From positions 887,128 to 951,127 of the forward strand of contig OZ255726.1 in NCBI GenBank assembly GCA_965277405.1: a stretch of DNA of 64,000 bases. Direction: 5' to 3'. A program made the position numbers and the translations under genes. Source of the DNA: Gammaproteobacteria bacterium. GTDB taxonomy: Bacteria > Pseudomonadota > Gammaproteobacteria > G965277405. The notes beneath the pieces are model-generated. The model did no database searches and was not told where the DNA came from. It worked only from the letters and a program-made list of their open reading frames with translations. Shown here in pieces: positions 59,610 to 64,000 of this stretch (position 1 is the first letter of the stretch; every line of letters begins with the position of its first letter).

Positions 59610-60407
59610 ATGTCCAAGCTGATAAAAAACACTTTTATCCTGCTGGTCTTGGTATTCCTTGCCGCGCCACTTGTTGTTGTTCTTGGTGTCTCCTTAAATA
59701 AATCCAAGCAGATGTTGTTCCCGCCTGAAGACTTTTCGCTACATTGGTATGCTGATTTTTTTCAGGCAAAGGATTGGCTAAATGCGTTGAGCAATTCTCT
59801 GGTTATTGCGCTTGGGGCAAGCACGCTTGCAGTCTCAATTGCCTTGCCGTTGGCACTCTACATTTGGCGAAAACAGAACAGCCTCGCCAAAGCACTTTTT
59901 GGGCTTGGCGTCGCGCCGTTCATGCTGCCACCAGTCATTTCTGCACTCGGCTTTATGATATTCTGGATAACCATCGGATTTTACGGGCAAATCTCTGCAA
60001 CGATAATTTCTCATGGAGTATTTCTGGTGACACTACCACTTGTCACGATTTCACTGGGTCTTGATTCCATCGACAAACAGTTGATTGAAGTCTCGCGCAC
60101 CATGGGAGCCGACAAGAGAACAGTCTTGCGAACAATTATCTGGCCGTTGGTAAGGCCCTACATGGTTTCAGGTTTTGCCTTTGCGTTCGTCCTCAGCCTG
60201 AACGAGTATATTATCGCATATATGGTGTCAGGCTTTACAGCGGAAACACTGCCAATCAAAATATTCAATTCGCTTAGATATGGCTATACACCAGTCATGG
60301 CTGTTGTTGCGGTGTTTTTCGTGATGACTGCGGTTGTGGTATTCGGAACCTTTGCTCTGTTTGGGGATTTGCCTAAACTTTTGGGCGCAGAGAGAGCGGA
60401 CAAATGA
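59610..60407 (+). CDS. ABC transporter permease (PotI/PotC-like)
   Basis: There are six TM segments and an EAA-like loop (EVSRTMGADKRTVLRTIIWPLVRP). Confidence 0.85.
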   Translation: MSKLIKNTFILLVLVFLAAPLVVVLGVSLNKSKQMLFPPEDFSLHWYADFFQAKDWLNALSNSLVIALGASTLAVSIALPLALYIWRKQNSLAKALFGLGVAPFMLPPVISALGFMIFWITIGFYGQISATIISHGVFLVTLPLVTISLGLDSIDKQLIEVSRTMGADKRTVLRTIIWPLVRPYMVSGFAFAFVLSLNEYIIAYMVSGFTAETLPIKIFNSLRYGYTPVMAVVAVFFVMTAVVVFGTFALFGDLPKLLGAERADK

Positions 60408-61213
60408 GTGGAACTGATAAAGAAATGATCTTAGGTCTTTGGCAAGGCGTCGGTATCCGCGGTGAGGTGACGTCGAACATCGAAGACATTCAGCGAATAG
60501 CAATACAGGCAGCTGCTGAGGGTGTCGAACTTCTGGTTTTTCCCGAATGTTTTTTGACGGGATACTTAGCGTCGGCAGATGTAGCAGAGATCGCAGCGCA
60601 AGTAGATGGTCTTGTCTTTGATAAATTGGAGAGCATCGCGGATGAATACAACATCGCCTTGGTTGTTGGCTCCTATGAAGTCTCCACGCGAGGGGTCTAT
60701 AATGCGGCCTTTGTCGTGCATCCTGGAATAGGATTAGTCGGAATTTATCGAAAACGCATGCTCTATGGCGCTTGGGAAAAGCGGACATTCCAGCAAGGCA
60801 CCGAACCGCTGACCTTCAAATGGAAGGGACTAACAGTCGGGGTGTTGATCTGCTTTGATATTGAGTTTCCAGAGCGCACCAGAGAATTGGCAAACTTAGG
60901 AGTCGATTTGATTGTTACACCAACCGCACTGATGGAGCCGTTTGCTAAAATTTCATCGCTTGTTGTCCCAACGCGGGCGCTGGAAAACGGTATATATGTA
61001 GGCTACGCAAACCGGATAGATCGTGAAGAAGAATTTGAATATGTCGGTGGTAGTTGTATTATTGCCCCAGATGGGACGGATATGGCGCGGGCGGAAAAAG
61101 CAACAGCAACGCTGCTGACTGCTAGTATATCAACACAATACCGCGATTTGATAACATCAAAAATCAACTACCTTGTTGAAGTTTCTCGCGAAAATACGCA
61201 TGTCATTGATTGA
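60404..61213 (+). CDS. Carbon-nitrogen hydrolase family amidase (nitrilase superfamily, DavA/omega-amidase-like)
   Basis: The catalytic glutamate context LLVFPECFLTGY, the Cys context VLICFDIEFPE and a 269-aa length fit the CN-hydrolase family. The start overlaps the upstream permease stop. Confidence 0.8.
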   Translation: MSGTDKEMILGLWQGVGIRGEVTSNIEDIQRIAIQAAAEGVELLVFPECFLTGYLASADVAEIAAQVDGLVFDKLESIADEYNIALVVGSYEVSTRGVYNAAFVVHPGIGLVGIYRKRMLYGAWEKRTFQQGTEPLTFKWKGLTVGVLICFDIEFPERTRELANLGVDLIVTPTALMEPFAKISSLVVPTRALENGIYVGYANRIDREEEFEYVGGSCIIAPDGTDMARAEKATATLLTASISTQYRDLITSKINYLVEVSRENTHVID

Positions 61214-61264
61214 GTATCCCCGCACAATGAAAAATGCAACATCAGGAATGGTTGCTTATCTTTA

Positions 61265-61302
61265 ACAACGAGGATATGCGCTAACAACGAGGATATGCGC
61301 TA
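61265..61302. repeat. 19-bp x2 perfect tandem duplication (ACAACGAGGATATGCGCTA)
   Basis: Read directly from the sequence, in the intergenic region upstream of the second SBP gene. Confidence 0.85.
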
Positions 61303-61510
61303 AGCATAAAATTCCACATTCTCCAGCAAGGACTCCTACTGCGGCTGTAGCCCTTAAGATCTGCACCAGTTGAGAACACCTATCCGGCAACAATAACAAC
61401 CTTTAATTAGAGGTTGTCAAGCAACAATTATTGCGAGTTTTCTTCTTGTAACTCCTCTAATTTTAGAGGGGATATCATGATGCCGAAAAAATAAAACATC
61501 TATGTAAATT

Positions 61511-61563
61511 GTGATATAATGTAAACTAAGTGTGTTGGATGTACTGGATGCATAGATGCATCC
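61511..61563 (+). promoter_or_regulatory. Candidate sigma70 promoter with an extended -10 (TGaTATAAT at 61512-61520), followed by a palindromic operator-like site GGATGCAT-AG-ATGCATCC (61546-61563) and an extra GGATG half-site
   Basis: TATAAT lies 67 nt upstream of the ATG at 61587. An 8-bp perfect inverted repeat lies between the -10 and the SD AAGGAG (61575-61580). Confidence 0.45.
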
Positions 61564-61586
61564 AAACGAACAACAAGGAGAAAAAT

Positions 61587-63170
61587 ATGACCAAAATGCT
61601 TAAGCAATCTCTGATTACGTCGATAATTAGCAAGACGGGGCAACAAGATGATAATAATAGCCGCAGTACGCAGACAATACTGCTGGGTATTATCGAGTAC
61701 TTTAACGACCTTCGCGCAGCGCTGTTTGCCGCCGATGTGTTGAAGATACTGTTGGTTTACGGTACATGTTGTGTTACTCGCTTGGCGGATATGCTCAGGT
61801 CTGCGGTTTGCGCCTTGCAATCATCAGCAATTGCCATCAAGCTCGCCAATCAGCGCCTTAATCAGAGCTTCCTTAGAATACTAGCTATTTCTGCCACAGT
61901 ATTTGTCACATTGCCGGTTTTGGCAAAGGACACTCCTGTTACTTGGTGGTATGAACGCGCCACCCCTGAGCAACAAGCTGCACTGTCGGAACTGATGATT
62001 GATAAATTCAATGCTGCTGACAATGGCAACACTCTCACAATCGACTACCGTGGCAACGAATTGGATAAGCAGCTGCGGATTGCACTTTTATCAGGAACTG
62101 GTCCGGATGTAGTCAATACACCTGGTCCGTCTTTCGTGGCAACAATGGCACGCGCTGGGCAATTGCTGGCACTCGATGATATCGCTGTTAAAAAAGGCTG
62201 GAACGACCGAATCCTGCCATTCTTCATGGATTTGGGTCGGTTCGATGGCCATCTGTATGCGCTGCCAAAAACCTATGAAACACTTGGATTGTTCTACAAC
62301 AAAAAGGTCATGGCAGAGAATGGCTGGGCGGTACCTACAACTCTTGCAGAACTGACGACAGTTGCCGATGCAATGCTGTCTAAAAACATTATCCCATTTG
62401 GGTCTGGCAACTCGGACTGGCGTCCAGCCAACGAATTTCAGGTATCAATTGCTCTCAACTCCATCGCTGGTCCAGACAACATGCAAAAAGCGCTAACAGG
62501 TGAGTTGCCGTGGACGGCAGAACCTTTTGCCAAAGCCATCAATACACTAGATAGCTGGTGGAAAAAAGGCTATTTTGGACCTGACTACTTCTCACTCACC
62601 GGTGATCAGGTCATGGCTAACCTGGCTAATGGTTCTGCTGCGATGGTGCCAACCGGCACATGGAACTTCCAACTAGTCCCAGAATATTTTGGCGATCAAC
62701 TTGACAACATTGGTTTTGTAGGTTTTCCCAGCGGCGAAGGAGTGGCATACCCAATATACGCACTTGGCATTGGCTCCACACTCTCTATCGCGGCAAAAGC
62801 CAACAACCCTGAAGGTGCTGCCAACGTCATTGATTTTATCTTTAGTAAAGGTTTCTATCAGGACATGAACAGTGTTTGGCAAGGTGAGTGGAACATGCCG
62901 CTGCGTGACCTCAGCAACGTAAAACTGAGCGAAGATATCATCCCGCTGTATACGGAATCTATGGCTGCCTTGGCTGAATCCGTGAATCAAAGTCAATACG
63001 GTTACACTACTTGGACGTTCTTCCCTCCTGCAAGCAACTCTTACATTGTGAGTGGCATCGAGCAAGTTTGGCTGGATGATATTACTACCGAAGAATTCCT
63101 CGCAGAACTTGATGATATTTTCAAGCAGGAATTGGCTGAAGGCAAAGTCGCGGATATCCCTGCGCGTTAA
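61587..63170 (+). CDS. Periplasmic substrate-binding protein (SBP family 1) of a CUT1-type ABC importer. A MITE is inserted in frame inside its signal-peptide coding region.
   Basis: An SBP_bac_1-like mature domain is present. The ATG at 61587 follows an SD. Codons 1-5 (MTKML) are followed by a 91-codon MITE-derived insertion and then RILAISATVFVTLPVLA|KDTP. The frame stays open through the element. Confidence 0.75.
   Translation: MTKMLKQSLITSIISKTGQQDDNNSRSTQTILLGIIEYFNDLRAALFAADVLKILLVYGTCCVTRLADMLRSAVCALQSSAIAIKLANQRLNQSFLRILAISATVFVTLPVLAKDTPVTWWYERATPEQQAALSELMIDKFNAADNGNTLTIDYRGNELDKQLRIALLSGTGPDVVNTPGPSFVATMARAGQLLALDDIAVKKGWNDRILPFFMDLGRFDGHLYALPKTYETLGLFYNKKVMAENGWAVPTTLAELTTVADAMLSKNIIPFGSGNSDWRPANEFQVSIALNSIAGPDNMQKALTGELPWTAEPFAKAINTLDSWWKKGYFGPDYFSLTGDQVMANLANGSAAMVPTGTWNFQLVPEYFGDQLDNIGFVGFPSGEGVAYPIYALGIGSTLSIAAKANNPEGAANVIDFIFSKGFYQDMNSVWQGEWNMPLRDLSNVKLSEDIIPLYTESMAALAESVNQSQYGYTTWTFFPPASNSYIVSGIEQVWLDDITTEEFLAELDDIFKQELAEGKVADIPAR
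61604..61872 (+). mobile_element. Diverged MITE copy (269 bp) inserted in frame within the SBP gene. Flanks are TTAA / TTAG.
   Basis: The left end is GCAATCTCTGATTACGTCGATAAT...GACGGGGCAACAAGATGATAATAATAGCCGCAGTACGCAGACAATACTGCTGGGTATTATCGAGTAC. The right end ...GCGCCTTGCAATCATCAGCAATTGCCATCAAGCTCGCCAATCAGCGCCTTAATCAGAGCTTCC aligns along the full length of the family consensus. Confidence 0.8.
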
Positions 63171-63264
63171 ATCCTGACTAACAACAATGGTGTGCCAGGC
63201 TAGATTATGCCGCAACTATGTTAAAAAATAGTTGAAAAATAGTTAAAAAATACTGAAATTGCCG

Positions 63265-64000
63265 ATGCACCGTTTGTTTGTTATACCGACATTGCTCATC
63301 AGCGTTTCTATCATCATGTTACCAGCAATATTAACCATATTGCTTGCATTCTTAAGATGGGATGGGGTTTCTGTCCCGCAGTTTATTGGCCTAGAAAATT
63401 TTGAGAAACTTTGGAATGATCGTATTTTTTGGCGCTCACTCGCAAATAACTTAAAATGGACAGTTCTGTTTATGACGTTTCCCATCATAATCGGCCTTGT
63501 CGCTGCCTCTTTGTTGTTGATTGTGAAACGAGGTAAGACATTCTTTCAGGTTATCTACTTTTTGCCAGTCATCATTGCGTCCGTGATTACGGCGCGTATT
63601 TGGCAAGGTATGATCTACAACCCGCAAACGGGCATTGTGGCATTGCTGAATCGATATGGGTTTGAGTTGAACGATCCGCTCGCCCGCATGTCTTCCGCGC
63701 TCTACGGCGTGGCTGTGGTTGATCTTTGGCACTGGTGGGGGTTCATTGCGATGATTTTCTTTGCGTCCCTGCGGCAGGTTCCGACCGAACAGATCGAAGC
63801 TGCGCGGATTGATGGGGCTAGCTACTTGCAACAAATGCGCTGGGTGCTGATCCCCGCAATCAAACCAACGATCACACTGATGATGATCATGACCGTGATC
63901 TGGTCGTTCCTTGTCTTCGATTTCATCTACGTTATGACCCAAGGCGGTCCTGCGTTTTCTAGCGAAGTTCTTTCAACAATGTCCTATCGCGAGGCGTTTT
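63265..64000 (+). CDS. ABC transporter permease of the MalF/UgpA (CUT1) type. Partial: the 3' end runs off the window.
   Basis: The ORF is open from the ATG at 63265 to the window end. There are multiple TM helices and the EAA motif (IEAARIDGASYLQQMRWVLIP). It is not in the ORF track because no stop lies within the window. Confidence 0.8.
   Translation, partial: MHRLFVIPTLLISVSIIMLPAILTILLAFLRWDGVSVPQFIGLENFEKLWNDRIFWRSLANNLKWTVLFMTFPIIIGLVAASLLLIVKRGKTFFQVIYFLPVIIASVITARIWQGMIYNPQTGIVALLNRYGFELNDPLARMSSALYGVAVVDLWHWWGFIAMIFFASLRQVPTEQIEAARIDGASYLQQMRWVLIPAIKPTITLMMIMTVIWSFLVFDFIYVMTQGGPAFSSEVLSTMSYREAF

Noticed and set aside
9189-61872. Possibility that the ~285-bp repeats are a CRISPR array or CRISPR-like repeats
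   Set aside because: Copies are dispersed over 50 kb, about 285 bp long and in both orientations. They have TIRs and TSDs and no regular short repeat-spacer periodicity. No cas genes are present.

Overview
This is a gammaproteobacterial-type chromosomal segment of about 64 kb. It carries roughly 60 protein-coding genes and two tRNAs (Ser-UGA, Gln-UUG), and no rRNA or CRISPR array. Recognisable gene blocks are listed below.
- A complete coenzyme F420 / FO biosynthesis operon (cofG-cofH-cofD-cofC-cofE) at 1-4635.
- A hydantoin/dihydropyrimidine utilisation cluster (carbamoylase, NCS1 permease, dihydropyrimidinase) at 4831-9165.
- Conserved housekeeping blocks: bamE/fur/lpxC/sbcB; rbfA-truB-rpsO-pnp; gor-ispE; acs; priA; scpA-scpB-rluB-rsmD; purH-galU-rluC-prfA-hemA; plsC-yaaA; gatC.
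- A candidate small biosynthetic module: class IV aminotransferase, DMT exporter and ATP-grasp ligase.
- A candidate catabolic cluster for a guanidino amino acid (flavin amino-acid 2-monooxygenase, arginase-family ureohydrolase and C-N hydrolase with a PotFGHI-type ABC importer), followed by a second ABC uptake system.

The most striking feature is a previously unannotated family of about 285-bp miniature inverted-repeat elements (MITEs). They have ~30-bp terminal inverted repeats of the form GGAAGCTCTGATTAA...TTAATCAGAGCTTCC, highly structured interiors and, in several copies, perfect 4-bp YTAR target-site duplications (TTAG, CTAA, CTAT). This is the IS5-family target signature. At least 11 copies or derivatives lie in this window: six full-length, one 144-bp internally deleted form, three diverged or partial copies and one 46-bp mini-hairpin. 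Several sit exactly at stop or start codons. One is inserted between a ribosome-binding site and its start codon, so the empty site can be reconstructed base for base. Another is inserted in frame, with no stop codons, inside the signal-peptide region of a solute-binding-protein gene.

A degraded insertion-sequence graveyard lies after acs: an IS481-like and an IS5/IS1182-like transposase pseudogene, a 30-bp perfect palindrome and an AT-rich island with truncated genes. Gene-order breaks occur next to element copies (orphan tolB, orphan gatC, prfA without prmC). Together these point to repeat-mediated rearrangement.
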